Assembly (NCBI GenBank): GCA_038064875.1
Contig: JBBTSC010000001.1
Coordinates: 123,004-187,003, forward strand
Reading direction: 5' to 3'
DNA: 64,000 nt
DNA from: Patescibacteria group bacterium
GTDB taxonomy: Bacteria; Patescibacteriota; Saccharimonadia; Saccharimonadales; 2-12-FULL-41-12
Part shown: one piece after another, positions 19,764 through 27,255 of the stretch
How positions within the stretch are numbered: the first letter of the stretch is position 1
Layout of the letters: every line of letters starts with the position of its first letter
The notes under the pieces: generated by a model
What the model saw: the letters and a program-made list of their open reading frames with translations, nothing else
Told to the model about the DNA's origin: nothing
Database searches by the model: none
Position numbers and translations under genes: made by a program

Positions 19764-19803
19764 GTCCTCGGTTCCTGGTCGAAATTTCAGAGGGCTCTTT
19801 TTT
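19764..19803 (+). terminator. possible intrinsic terminator
   Basis: GTCCTC (19764-69) pairs with GAGGGC (19790-95) including one G-U, followed by TCTTTTTT. The loop is long (20 nt). Confidence 0.3.
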
Positions 19804-20031
19804 CACTGCACACATGCGTAGAACGACTACCTCCCCAAATAGAGATTTGCACGGACAGGAGCACAAGGGGATGTGCATTTTGATCTCGGTCAGGAGATCA
19901 TTTTACGAGTTGATTATTGTGTTGGCTCACTTTCTGTTGATTATGCGATTATTCGCCTTTGGGATTTTCGGACACGACTTTGTGCTTACTCTTCCCTACT
20001 TCTGACGAAGCATCAATCACCCAGCTCGATT

Positions 20032-20082
20032 GATTAAGACGGATAGTGAGCACTATATTAATGCGCACTATCCGTCTTAATC
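20032..20082. repeat. perfect 17-bp inverted repeat hairpin
   Basis: GATTAAGACGGATAGTG (20032-48) and CACTATCCGTCTTAATC (20066-82), with a 17-nt loop. Confidence 0.8.
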
Positions 20083-20207
20083 TTCTCAATCTACTTGTCA
20101 AAGATCATCCGAATCAAGCTCCCAAAAGAGCGACTCCAGGACACCTCAGAATATACTCTGAAACACCGTATGTGTCAAATTGTCAGATGATCAACCTCGT
20201 AGCTTTT

Positions 20208-20678
20208 TTAGATAATTCTCTCAATAAAATTATCATGAATATCAGACTTTATTTGTTGATAATCTGCGTACTGCAAGCAAGTAGGCGTGATTTTTAGAAC
20301 CATATAGTCTCCCCCATTGACTTTGACAATTGGTGGCACCCATTTGTTGTCGTTTTTTGGTTTGACGTGGGCTAATTTTTTCATAACTACACTAACTATA
20401 TCTTTTGCTGGGACTTTGCTGACTTTTCCAGCTACCTGAACTGTCTTTTGGGTTTCGTTATCAGATATCACAAGAGATACATTATGGTTATTAGCTATAT
20501 TTTGATACTTATGCGTATTTACCCTAGTTATAAAAAAGAAATTTAAATCTTCGTCTGTTGCAAAGTAGATTGATGACCCCCAGGGTTTGCCATCTTCTGA
20601 AACAGTAGACAAGACTCCATGAGAATTATTTTTCAGAAACTCTTTTGCTTTGTCTATTGAGCTCTCTTTACTGTCCAT
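20208..20678 (-). CDS. pyridoxamine 5'-phosphate oxidase-family (general stress protein 26-like) protein
   Basis: HGVLSTVSEDGKPWGSSIYFATDEDLNFFFIT pattern. TGcTAAAAT lies 6 nt from the ATG. Confidence 0.65.
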   Translation of the reverse strand: MDSKESSIDKAKEFLKNNSHGVLSTVSEDGKPWGSSIYFATDEDLNFFFITRVNTHKYQNIANNHNVSLVISDNETQKTVQVAGKVSKVPAKDIVSVVMKKLAHVKPKNDNKWVPPIVKVNGGDYMVLKITPTCLQYADYQQIKSDIHDNFIERII

Positions 20679-20711
20679 AGTTGTATTTTAGCATGGCTCT
20701 AAGGCTGATGT

Positions 20712-20750
20712 ATACAAAACAAAAAGAAGCCTTTTTACAGACTTCTTTTT
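20712..20750 (-). terminator. intrinsic terminator (A-run / 9-bp stem / T-run; bidirectional shape)
   Basis: AAAAAGAAG-12 nt-CTTCTTTTT; on the minus strand it is followed by TTTTTGTTTTG. Confidence 0.6.
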
Positions 20751-20920
20751 GTGAAAGTGTTATTGCTAACAACTTTCTACCGTCCGCAGATGGTAACCAC
20801 CTCAACGATGGTGTTTGAATTTTAACCTGAGATTCTTCAATTTTCAAATGATTTGCTTAATAGTTGTGAATAACATGTGTATAAGTGTTCCTGCAGTGCT
20901 GAAATCTAGAAGTGGTATGT
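20712..20920 (-). ncRNA. candidate ~200-nt small RNA
   Basis: Minus-strand TTTACA (20950-55), 17 nt, TATTAT (20927-32). Intrinsic terminator AAAAAGAAG/CTTCTTTTT (20721-50) plus T-run. No ORF longer than 11 codons. Confidence 0.35.
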
Positions 20921-20926
20921 TAAGGA

Positions 20927-20955
20927 ATAATAAAAGTATAGCTAAAATTTGTAAA
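20927..20955 (-). promoter_or_regulatory. sigma70-like promoter TTTACA-17-TATTAT
   Basis: Read directly on the minus strand, 85 nt downstream of the upstream gene stop. Confidence 0.4.
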
Positions 20956-21039
20956 AACAATCCTGTTTTTGTGGCAGATTAGCAAAAATTTACCGCTTCA
21001 AATCAAGTTATTCATAATATAAATCGCTAGAGTAACACA

Positions 21040-21804
21040 TTATTTCATAACTAGCATAGATGCTATTGGATAGTGGTCAGTCAATTGATCTTTAAGCATA
21101 CCACTCGCCAGAAGACCTATTTCCGAAAATAAGAGATGGTCGTAGCGCCTGCCCCTAGGCGTTGTAGCTAAATGTTGTTTTAGTTCACTGAATCCTGCTT
21201 CAAATAATTCAGGGAATGATTCTCGTAGAGATGACATATCAATATTAAAATCTCCTTGGAGGACGGAGTGACCTTTTGCTCTTTCTAGGATTTTTGCTTG
21301 CATATCATCAAAGATGGCTCTGGCTTCATCGCTTGCAATATCTACACCAAGTCTTCTAAATGGTAGAGCGTGTAGGGTCTGTGCTACCACGGCTCTTTTA
21401 CCCACGCCTAGAGTAACCGAAGTTAACCCTTTATCGTGAGAATATTCTTCTCCAATCTGGAAGTTGGGGTTTATGAATAGTTGAAACGAATGCCCATGAA
21501 TAGGAAAACGAGAAATTACACCTTGCCCTAACATAGAACTATCATCAAGGTGCGAAGGCGCGTAGGTGTCATTTACCCAATGGCCATAACCCAGCGCTTC
21601 AGCAATCATGCGTGTTTGGTTGTCACCGTTCTTTTCGTGGGTTTCTTGGAGAGTGATAAGGTGCGGGTCTCTTTGTTCAAGTGTTGCAATGATATTGTCT
21701 AATCCATCCTCGCAATATGAGCCTGAACTTAGAGGATCAGCCTCAGGGTGACGAATCATACCGCCACCAATATTCCATTGGACTGATTTAATTACTCCGG
21801 ACAT
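21040..21804 (-). CDS. endonuclease/exonuclease/phosphatase (EEP) family protein
   Basis: ITLQETH, LQGDFNID and TDHYPI motifs. ATG 21804 preferred over the TTG at 21840. Confidence 0.7.
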   Translation of the reverse strand: MSGVIKSVQWNIGGGMIRHPEADPLSSGSYCEDGLDNIIATLEQRDPHLITLQETHEKNGDNQTRMIAEALGYGHWVNDTYAPSHLDDSSMLGQGVISRFPIHGHSFQLFINPNFQIGEEYSHDKGLTSVTLGVGKRAVVAQTLHALPFRRLGVDIASDEARAIFDDMQAKILERAKGHSVLQGDFNIDMSSLRESFPELFEAGFSELKQHLATTPRGRRYDHLLFSEIGLLASGMLKDQLTDHYPIASMLVMK

Positions 21805-21977
21805 GTTATAAACAATACCATTAAACTTACGTTTTGTCAAAATGCTGACTAAGACTAGTCATTTAGATATTTGCCAACTAAGTCCAATTAAAAAGGAGAA
21901 AGAAGGTAGAAAACTCAACTTAATCTAATTATAAGCGGTGACATGCTAGATTACCATAAGGGTATTCGGTTCTAGAA

Positions 21978-22454
21978 TCAGAGGAGTAAGTGACGTCCTT
22001 CTATTTCGAGAGAATTTAAGCTAGCCCTGATCGTAGCATCAATTGTTTGATTTACTGTTAGATCTAGCTCTGTTGCAAGCACACAAATTCTAGTTGCCCT
22101 TTTCCATTCAGGAGTTATTGCGATAGCTTCGTAAAGTTCTGGCTGAGGGATTAGAAGTTTCGATCGCTTGCCATGTGCTTTTGGAGCTAGAACTTCTCTG
22201 TTAATAAATCCAGCTCTATCTAGACTGTTAGCTGCTCTGGTGGCGACAACAAAACTTGTATCCAATAGATTTTCTAGATCTTTAGTGACAAGTGGGTTTT
22301 CATGGTTAATCGCGATAAAACCCGCAACATATGCAACTGCTTGATTTCCAACAGAACTTACGGCTCTACCCATGTGGATTTCATCAAACATAGACTGAAT
22401 ATGCCTTTTTCTTGATGGCTCTAAAGGGCCATCTATAAACCTATCCATAATCAT
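21978..22454 (-). CDS. hypothetical protein, possible winged-helix DNA-binding fold
   Basis: 158 aa; the segment LVTKDLENLLDTSFVVATRAANSLDRAGFINRE resembles MarR-like wHTH. TATTAT lies 7 nt from the ATG. Confidence 0.45.
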   Translation of the reverse strand: MIMDRFIDGPLEPSRKRHIQSMFDEIHMGRAVSSVGNQAVAYVAGFIAINHENPLVTKDLENLLDTSFVVATRAANSLDRAGFINREVLAPKAHGKRSKLLIPQPELYEAIAITPEWKRATRICVLATELDLTVNQTIDATIRASLNSLEIEGRHLLL

Positions 22455-22627
22455 AAAACATATAATACCATAAAGTAGGCAAATTTCTACCTACTCTATG
22501 TTGCTTTTGCGCGGTGTATGCAACCAATCCAGCAACATGGTCGGCGCATGCCTGATCGCATTTTTGAAAGGCCAACTCCTATTAATAAACCACCCTTGGT
22601 ATTTTAAGAGACTATTTTTTAAGAATA

Positions 22628-23275
22628 TTACAGTATGTCTACAAGGGTGTTTGTGCTGTTGTTGCTGTTGTCAGTGTTTACTGTTGTGTTGGTAGTTGTA
22701 CTAGTGTTGGTAGTTGGGCTTACGACGCTAGTGTTGCCGTTGTTGTTATTGTTGTCCCATGTCTGGACATTTGTATTGGACGTATTGTTAGTAGTGCTTG
22801 TGTTTGTTGTTGTGGTCGTTGTAGGACTGAATACGTCGGTGTTGCCGTTATCCCAGTTCCATGATTGGCTGTTTGAAAGAGCAAAGCTGTTACCACTGTA
22901 TCTACTGTCTGTGACTGTGCTTGTAGAGGTAGTACTGGTGTTATTAGTGTTTGACTGGTTATATGTTAGATAATATGGAAGAGTACCATAACTTTTAATA
23001 CCTGCAGACAAAAGAGTGTCGACTACAGCTGGGCTACCGTTAGAAACTTCTGGATTAGGAGCTGTGCATAGTCCGCCTACGGTCGCTGAATTAGTTTGAG
23101 GAGCAGAGTTGCTAGTTACTGGGTTGTTGACTGTGTCTATAGCGTTAACTTTTGAGTTAACAAGCGTGTTTGTAATGTACGCTATAAATCCACATACTAT
23201 TGCCATCGAAATCACAAAAGCTATGATTAATTGATTAATATTAATTGAAATGTCCTGCTGTTGTTTTGCAGCCAT
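22628..23275 (-). CDS. membrane-anchored Thr/Asn-rich repetitive surface protein
   Basis: N-terminal TM, then repeats of W.N..GNT.V.SPTT..NTSTT. Start at ATG 23275 behind GAGGAGGG. Confidence 0.6.
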   Translation of the reverse strand: MAAKQQQDISININQLIIAFVISMAIVCGFIAYITNTLVNSKVNAIDTVNNPVTSNSAPQTNSATVGGLCTAPNPEVSNGSPAVVDTLLSAGIKSYGTLPYYLTYNQSNTNNTSTTSTSTVTDSRYSGNSFALSNSQSWNWDNGNTDVFSPTTTTTTNTSTTNNTSNTNVQTWDNNNNNGNTSVVSPTTNTSTTTNTTVNTDNSNNSTNTLVDIL

Positions 23276-23498
23276 TTGACCCTCCTCTAAGTTATTTATA
23301 AATCTCATTACCCCAAAGATCCCACAAAATCTTTAATACCTCTTAGCATAGCGTTCGCCCAAATTATTTTCAAGATAAAGAGTTTTTTTGCGCCATCGTC
23401 GGCTATTTCCATTAGAGTTATTATGCATATTTTTTGTCGCAAAAAATACTATGTTGTAGATATGTTTAATTTGATTCAAATATCGATTGCTATTTAGA

Positions 23499-23795
23499 TT
23501 ATTTTTTGAGAGCCCACTTTACAGACGGGCTTATTGGCTTATCGGGACGATGTATACAGCCTATCCAGCAACAAGGGCGACGCTCTCCTGAGCGCATTTT
23601 TGAAAGACCAACTTTTATCCGTTTGATCCTGGTCTCTTCTTTTTTGCCAGATATTACCCAGCAAATCCACTCATTTCGCGCCAACGGTGTTATGTCTTCC
23701 CATAGCTCAAGGACTTTGGGGTCAGAAATAATTGCATCTCTAAGATCATTCGGCATTTTATGTACAACCCCACCAGCAATTTGTTTTGTAGCCAT
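23499..23795 (-). CDS. YdeI/OmpD-associated family protein
   Basis: ITPLARNEWICWV...KKEETRIKRI...L..G.RRPCCW pattern. Confidence 0.6.
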   Translation of the reverse strand: MATKQIAGGVVHKMPNDLRDAIISDPKVLELWEDITPLARNEWICWVISGKKEETRIKRIKVGLSKMRSGERRPCCWIGCIHRPDKPISPSVKWALKK

Positions 23796-23840
23796 ACCTA
23801 TATTTTACATGCCTTATGTTGCTTACTCAACTCTGTGGGC

Positions 23841-23879
23841 CACAAACAAAAAAACAGAATGCTTTTATCGCACTCTGTT
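23841..23879 (-). terminator. intrinsic terminator of the small ORF
   Basis: 10-bp stem at 23853-62/23870-79. The single non-WC pair is G-U only on the minus-strand RNA. Followed by TTTTTGTTTG. Confidence 0.6.
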
Positions 23880-23898
23880 TTTGGCTACTGGTTGCTCC

Positions 23899-24057
23899 TT
23901 AGATTTGAGCAATGATCCAGGCGGCACCTGCAAGAGACAGAACAAAAAGCCCTAACCCTACAGGAGAACCCCAGCTGAACCATGAACCCCACGAACGCCA
24001 GTGTTTGTGAGTACGTTCGTACCAGTCTGTTTCATCTGCTTTTGTCATTTTTGACAT
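23899..24057 (-). CDS. small membrane protein (52 aa), below the ORF-track cutoff
   Basis: MSKMTKADETDWYERTHKHWRSWGSWFSWGSPVGLGLFVLSLAGAAWIIAQI. GAGGAG lies 7 nt upstream and a terminator lies downstream. Confidence 0.55.
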   Translation of the reverse strand: MSKMTKADETDWYERTHKHWRSWGSWFSWGSPVGLGLFVLSLAGAAWIIAQI

Positions 24058-24218
24058 CAGATACTCCTCATTTAGCTAATATTGAGTCTCTTCAGCTTGT
24101 TTGCCAGAGATAGTTATTCTTGAGACCTCCAAGAACTATTTGAAAATCTGGACTTATCAACAAGCTAATTATACCAGAAAATCTAATGGTCTATTTTGGT
24201 GCTGTATAATAGTTATAA

Positions 24219-24797
24219 GTGAAAAAGCATAAGCATAGAAAATCAGGTTTTGCGAATTTTTGGCATCGCTTTGCTTTTAAGCACACTGTTAGTGCAGTTA
24301 TAGTTATTGCTGTTTTTGTTCTTGTTCTAGATACAGCAATTGTGCAGACACTGATGCAGGACATCATCAGCCTGGGCTATTTAGGCATGTTATTGACGGG
24401 TGTACTTTTTGTGTCATTCTTTACGGCTGCTCCTGCAGTGGTGTTGCTTTTGGCATTCTCGGATAGCTATAACTCATTTGTTATTGCATTGATCGCTGGC
24501 TTTGGCGCTATGCTAGGTGATTATGTCATTTTACGGTTTGCCGAGGATAAGATTGGGCACGAGCTGAAGCCTGTCGCAAAGAAGATGAAGCTTATCGGAT
24601 TTATCAATTTACTCCACAAGAAAAAGTACAAACCGATTACCGCAACTATAGGGGCAATAATAGTCGCATCTCCTCTTCCAGATGAGGCTGGAATAGCGTT
24701 GCTAGGCTTGTCCCGAATATCTACCATGCAACTTCTGCTACTAATATTTGCCCTAAATAGCGCAGGTATCTTTATACTGATCACAGCCTTTAGCTAG
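24219..24797 (+). CDS. polytopic membrane protein (YqaA/DedA-like?)
   Basis: GTG start, 4-5 TMs, weak resemblance only. Confidence 0.45.
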   Translation: MKKHKHRKSGFANFWHRFAFKHTVSAVIVIAVFVLVLDTAIVQTLMQDIISLGYLGMLLTGVLFVSFFTAAPAVVLLLAFSDSYNSFVIALIAGFGAMLGDYVILRFAEDKIGHELKPVAKKMKLIGFINLLHKKKYKPITATIGAIIVASPLPDEAGIALLGLSRISTMQLLLLIFALNSAGIFILITAFS

Positions 24798-25391
24798 CTA
24801 GGTTATTTTGATTAACGTAACTGCAGACATAAGAAATAACAAACCAAATGTGATTCGTATAGCAAGGCTATCAAGTACCTTATCCTTGTTTGGTATCTTG
24901 CCTGTAAGGTGTGAAATTAAAATAAACCAGATTGCCGTAAAAAGAGCCATTTCTGTAGCTATCATTAGTTGAATCGAAGTTGTCACGTCTCTACTGCTTA
25001 ACTGACTTATTATCACAATATAAAAAATAACCATCTCTATATTAATGAAATGGTTAGTGAATCCAGTCCAAAACGATCCAAGATTATGTAGTTTTGGTGC
25101 TTTATCCTTTGGTAAAAAACATAGGATTGCTTGCCATATTAGCCACACAGCCCCAGCGTAGCTAATTATAGTCACCAGAAATGGATAGTGAGTAAATAAA
25201 GAATTAATGCCAAAAACTGATAGCAAGAGTAAGGAAAATGCCCCCAGCCCCAAACCCAAGGCAGTAAGCATGCCAGCCGTTTTCCCTTGCCTCCCAACAG
25301 TTCGCATTACTAAGGCGTAGTCACTGCCAGGTGAGATAATCATTCCAGCTTGTAAGAATGCCACAAGAATAATGGGGCCAAAAACTTCCAT
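24798..25391 (-). CDS. LysE/RhtB-family amino-acid exporter
   Basis: 197 aa, 6 TMs, N-terminal ISPGSDYALV pattern. Confidence 0.65.
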   Translation of the reverse strand: MEVFGPIILVAFLQAGMIISPGSDYALVMRTVGRQGKTAGMLTALGLGLGAFSLLLLSVFGINSLFTHYPFLVTIISYAGAVWLIWQAILCFLPKDKAPKLHNLGSFWTGFTNHFINIEMVIFYIVIISQLSSRDVTTSIQLMIATEMALFTAIWFILISHLTGKIPNKDKVLDSLAIRITFGLLFLMSAVTLIKIT

Positions 25392-25401
25392 AATTTATGA
25401 G

Positions 25402-25611
25402 CTAGGATTTATCGTTTAAGTACTTGCCGGCAATACTAAGCGCGAAAGAAGAAAGAATAACAAACACACTGATCTGCAACAGCTTGGCCATAAATAAGTC
25501 CATGCCATAGTTCAGGTGGCCTGGTTCTGTGTCGGCTAGTACCATATAAATCCCACATGCTCCGAAAGTTAATGATGCGAAAATGAATACTTTGCTCGCT
25601 ATTTTTTGCAT
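25402..25611 (-). CDS. small two-TM membrane protein
   Basis: 69 aa hydrophobic ORF. TATAAT (25618-23) lies 6 nt from the ATG. Confidence 0.5.
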   Translation of the reverse strand: MQKIASKVFIFASLTFGACGIYMVLADTEPGHLNYGMDLFMAKLLQISVFVILSSFALSIAGKYLNDKS

Positions 25612-25623
25612 ATTTTTATTATA

Positions 25624-25653
25624 CCAAATAAAAACAGTCGCGCTAGCGACTGT
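25624..25653 (-). terminator. intrinsic terminator after tRNA-Asn
   Basis: ACAGTCGC-GCTA-GCGACTGT (25634-53), followed on the minus strand by TTTTATTTGG. Confidence 0.7.
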
Positions 25654-25663
25654 CTATTAATAC

Positions 25664-25738
25664 TGGCTCCCGGGGTCGGACTCGAACCGACAACCTCGAA
25701 GTTAACAGCTTCTTGCTCCACCATTGAGCTACCCGGGA
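25664..25738 (-). tRNA. tRNA-Asn (anticodon GTT), CCA encoded
   Basis: Reverse complement TCCCGGGTAGCTCAATGGTGGAGCAAGAAGCTGTTAACTTCGAGGTTGTCGGTTCGAGTCCGACCCCGGGAGCCA. It has a 7-bp acceptor stem, D arm GCTC/GAGC, anticodon loop CTGTTAA and T arm GTCGG-TTCGAGT-CCGAC. Confidence 0.9.
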
Positions 25739-25893
25739 TTAACGCTGACGCTAATGAGACAAACCAAGGTTTTTCTCATCGGGCTTTCCGAAATAAATTC
25801 GGATTCTGATCTTTCAGAACCAGCCCTGCTCTTTTCCTAACAACAGAGCAAGCCAACTAGGATAATTCTACATTACTGACCAACATTAGTAAA

Positions 25894-26057
25894 TAACCTT
25901 GTTGCCAAATAACATCCTGGCTTCAAACATGCCCTTTTTGTCCAAAACCAAACAACCTGCTCCGTACCATAACTTTAGTTATGCTTTGTCACAGTTTGTT
26001 AGTTTTGATCAAAAATCATCATGTTAGACCACGGAAGCTTATTTGGCAATAAGGTTA
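25894..26057. repeat. 164-nt rod-like inverted repeat between tsaC and tRNA-Asn
   Basis: Outer 17-bp helix TAACCTTGTTGCCAAAT / ATTTGGCAATAAGGTTA with one non-WC position. Nested inner helices GCTTC/GAAGC, AACATG/CATGTT, GTTTT+GTTTG/CAAAC+AAAAC and terminal CATAAC/GTTATG. Contains the palindrome TTTTGATCAAAA. Confidence 0.7.
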
Positions 26058-26061
26058 ATAT

Positions 26062-26601
26062 TCAACGTAGTATTTTTTTTGAAGCTAAATCAATAATTCT
26101 AGAGGGCTTCGTGGCTGGAGTCTCAGAGCTACTGATGTAGTCGACTTGGTCAAAAAAGATTGCTTCGATATCCGTAAGATCATGGACATAGTCTTTACCC
26201 GCAATGTTAGCACTCGTGGCAACCACTGGCCCTGTCTGGCCAATAAGATCTCTGAGCCACTGATCTTTTGGCATGCGAACCGCGAGAGTATTTTTCCCTC
26301 GATGCAAATGCTCCATTTCTCTAGTTGGCATAATGACGCTTGTCGGCCCAGGCCAGACTGTGCCCAGGTATTGTTTTTGCTCCGTGTCTATAGCTATGCC
26401 CAGAGATGACAACTGAGAATAATCAGAGATCAAAACGACGAATGGCTTGGTATGCTCTCTATCTTTGACTTGATAAATTCTCTCGACAATCTCTGAGTCT
26501 TTAGCTAGTCCTACGATCCCATAGATCGTATCAGTAGGCATGATAACTATTTTTTTAGACGTTATGAATCCAATTAAATTCGTCTGTTCCTCAGGATTCA
26601 A
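26062..26601 (-). CDS. tsaC: L-threonylcarbamoyladenylate synthase (TsaC/YrdC family)
   Basis: MPTDTIYGIVG and VATSANIAG motifs. 4-nt overlap with smpB. Confidence 0.8.
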   Translation of the reverse strand: MNPEEQTNLIGFITSKKIVIMPTDTIYGIVGLAKDSEIVERIYQVKDREHTKPFVVLISDYSQLSSLGIAIDTEQKQYLGTVWPGPTSVIMPTREMEHLHRGKNTLAVRMPKDQWLRDLIGQTGPVVATSANIAGKDYVHDLTDIEAIFFDQVDYISSSETPATKPSRIIDLASKKILR

Positions 26602-27053
26602 ATGTTTGCCTTTCTTCGGAGTTCACGGTCTGTATCGCGCTTTTTGATAGTTTGTCTTTTGTCATATTCTCTTTTGCCTTTTGCTAGAGCAATTTCAATC
26701 TTTATGTACCGGCCCTTAGTATTTATTTTAACGGGTATTATTGTTAGTCCAGACTGTTTTTTTTCGAGTAATTTTTTCATCTCGGATTTTTTGAGGAGCA
26801 ATTTTCTATTTTGTTTTTGTTCGGACTCGCTGATTGGAACACCAGAAGTGCCAAAGACAGTTGCACCGATCAGCCAAAGTTCGCCCGCAACAAAATTTAC
26901 ATATGCTCCGCTAAGATCAGCTTTGCCCATTCGAATTGCCTTGGTCTCGCGACCGTTCAAAACTAGGCCAGCTTGGTAAGACTCCACTACCGAGTAATCA
27001 AAAGTGGCGCGACGATTTAGTATCTGGTTTGGCTGAGTTTTTTTCTTTGCCAT
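26598..27053 (-). CDS. smpB: SsrA-binding protein SmpB
   Basis: NRRATFDYSV...GLVL.G.E.K..R..KA.L..AYV pattern and basic C-terminal tail. Confidence 0.9.
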   Translation of the reverse strand: MAKKKTQPNQILNRRATFDYSVVESYQAGLVLNGRETKAIRMGKADLSGAYVNFVAGELWLIGATVFGTSGVPISESEQKQNRKLLLKKSEMKKLLEKKQSGLTIIPVKINTKGRYIKIEIALAKGKREYDKRQTIKKRDTDRELRRKANI

Positions 27054-27091
27054 GTATGTATTATCTAACAGATAGGGACAGATTGCTAGTT

Positions 27092-27255
27092 ATAGCCCTC
27101 GAAAGACAAAACCTGCCCTTTTGAAAACATCTGAGAGGCTAAAAAACTCGTTTTCTCCTTCTTTATATTTACGGATATGATTCAGTCCAAGAACAGATTT
27201 TTTATCTCACTCAGCTATCTCTCAAAATTGACAGGTTTTGTCTTTCGAGGGCTAT
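27092..27255. repeat. 164-bp imperfect palindrome with perfect 24-bp terminal inverted repeats
   Basis: ATAGCCCTCGAAAGACAAAACCTG (27092-115) and its exact reverse complement (27232-255). The interior is also largely self-complementary (TTTTGA, CTGAG, TAAAAAA blocks). The right arm covers the stop codon of 27252..28343. Confidence 0.85.

Larger units (their letters stand above)
19470..20207. other. ORF-free, GC-elevated, hairpin-rich spacer (possible ncRNA or long UTRs)
   Basis: No convincing ORF on either strand. Hairpins at 19501-19533, 19574-19610 and 20032-20082. GTCCTC/GAGGGC stem plus T-run at 19764-19803. Confidence 0.3.

Noticed and set aside
19390-20297. Three plus-strand ORFs (118, 63, 83 aa) in the structured spacer
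   Set aside because: The first overlaps the real 333-aa gene out of frame. None has a -10 box or SD. Their composition is Cys/Arg/Leu-rich and unlike neighbouring proteins. The third is antisense to the PNPOx-like gene. The 63-aa ORF has one TM-like stretch (type I toxin idea), but no expression signals were found.
22498-22973. Plus-strand ORFs with a poly-Cys run (CCCCCC) and Val/Leu repeats
   Set aside because: They are the antisense reading of the GTT/GTG-rich Thr/Asn repeat DNA of 22628..23275, a compositional artefact.
25606-25809. 67-aa plus-strand ORF
   Set aside because: It runs straight through the tRNA-Asn gene on the opposite strand and translates the tRNA complement (GVGLEPTTSKLTA).
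25739-27251. Expected tmRNA (ssrA) next to smpB
   Set aside because: Neither flanking spacer has a tRNA-Ala-like 3' end (T-arm plus CCACCA), a GGGG..GA 5' end, or a tag reading frame ending in ..LAA. The only tRNA-like element is a complete tRNA-Asn.
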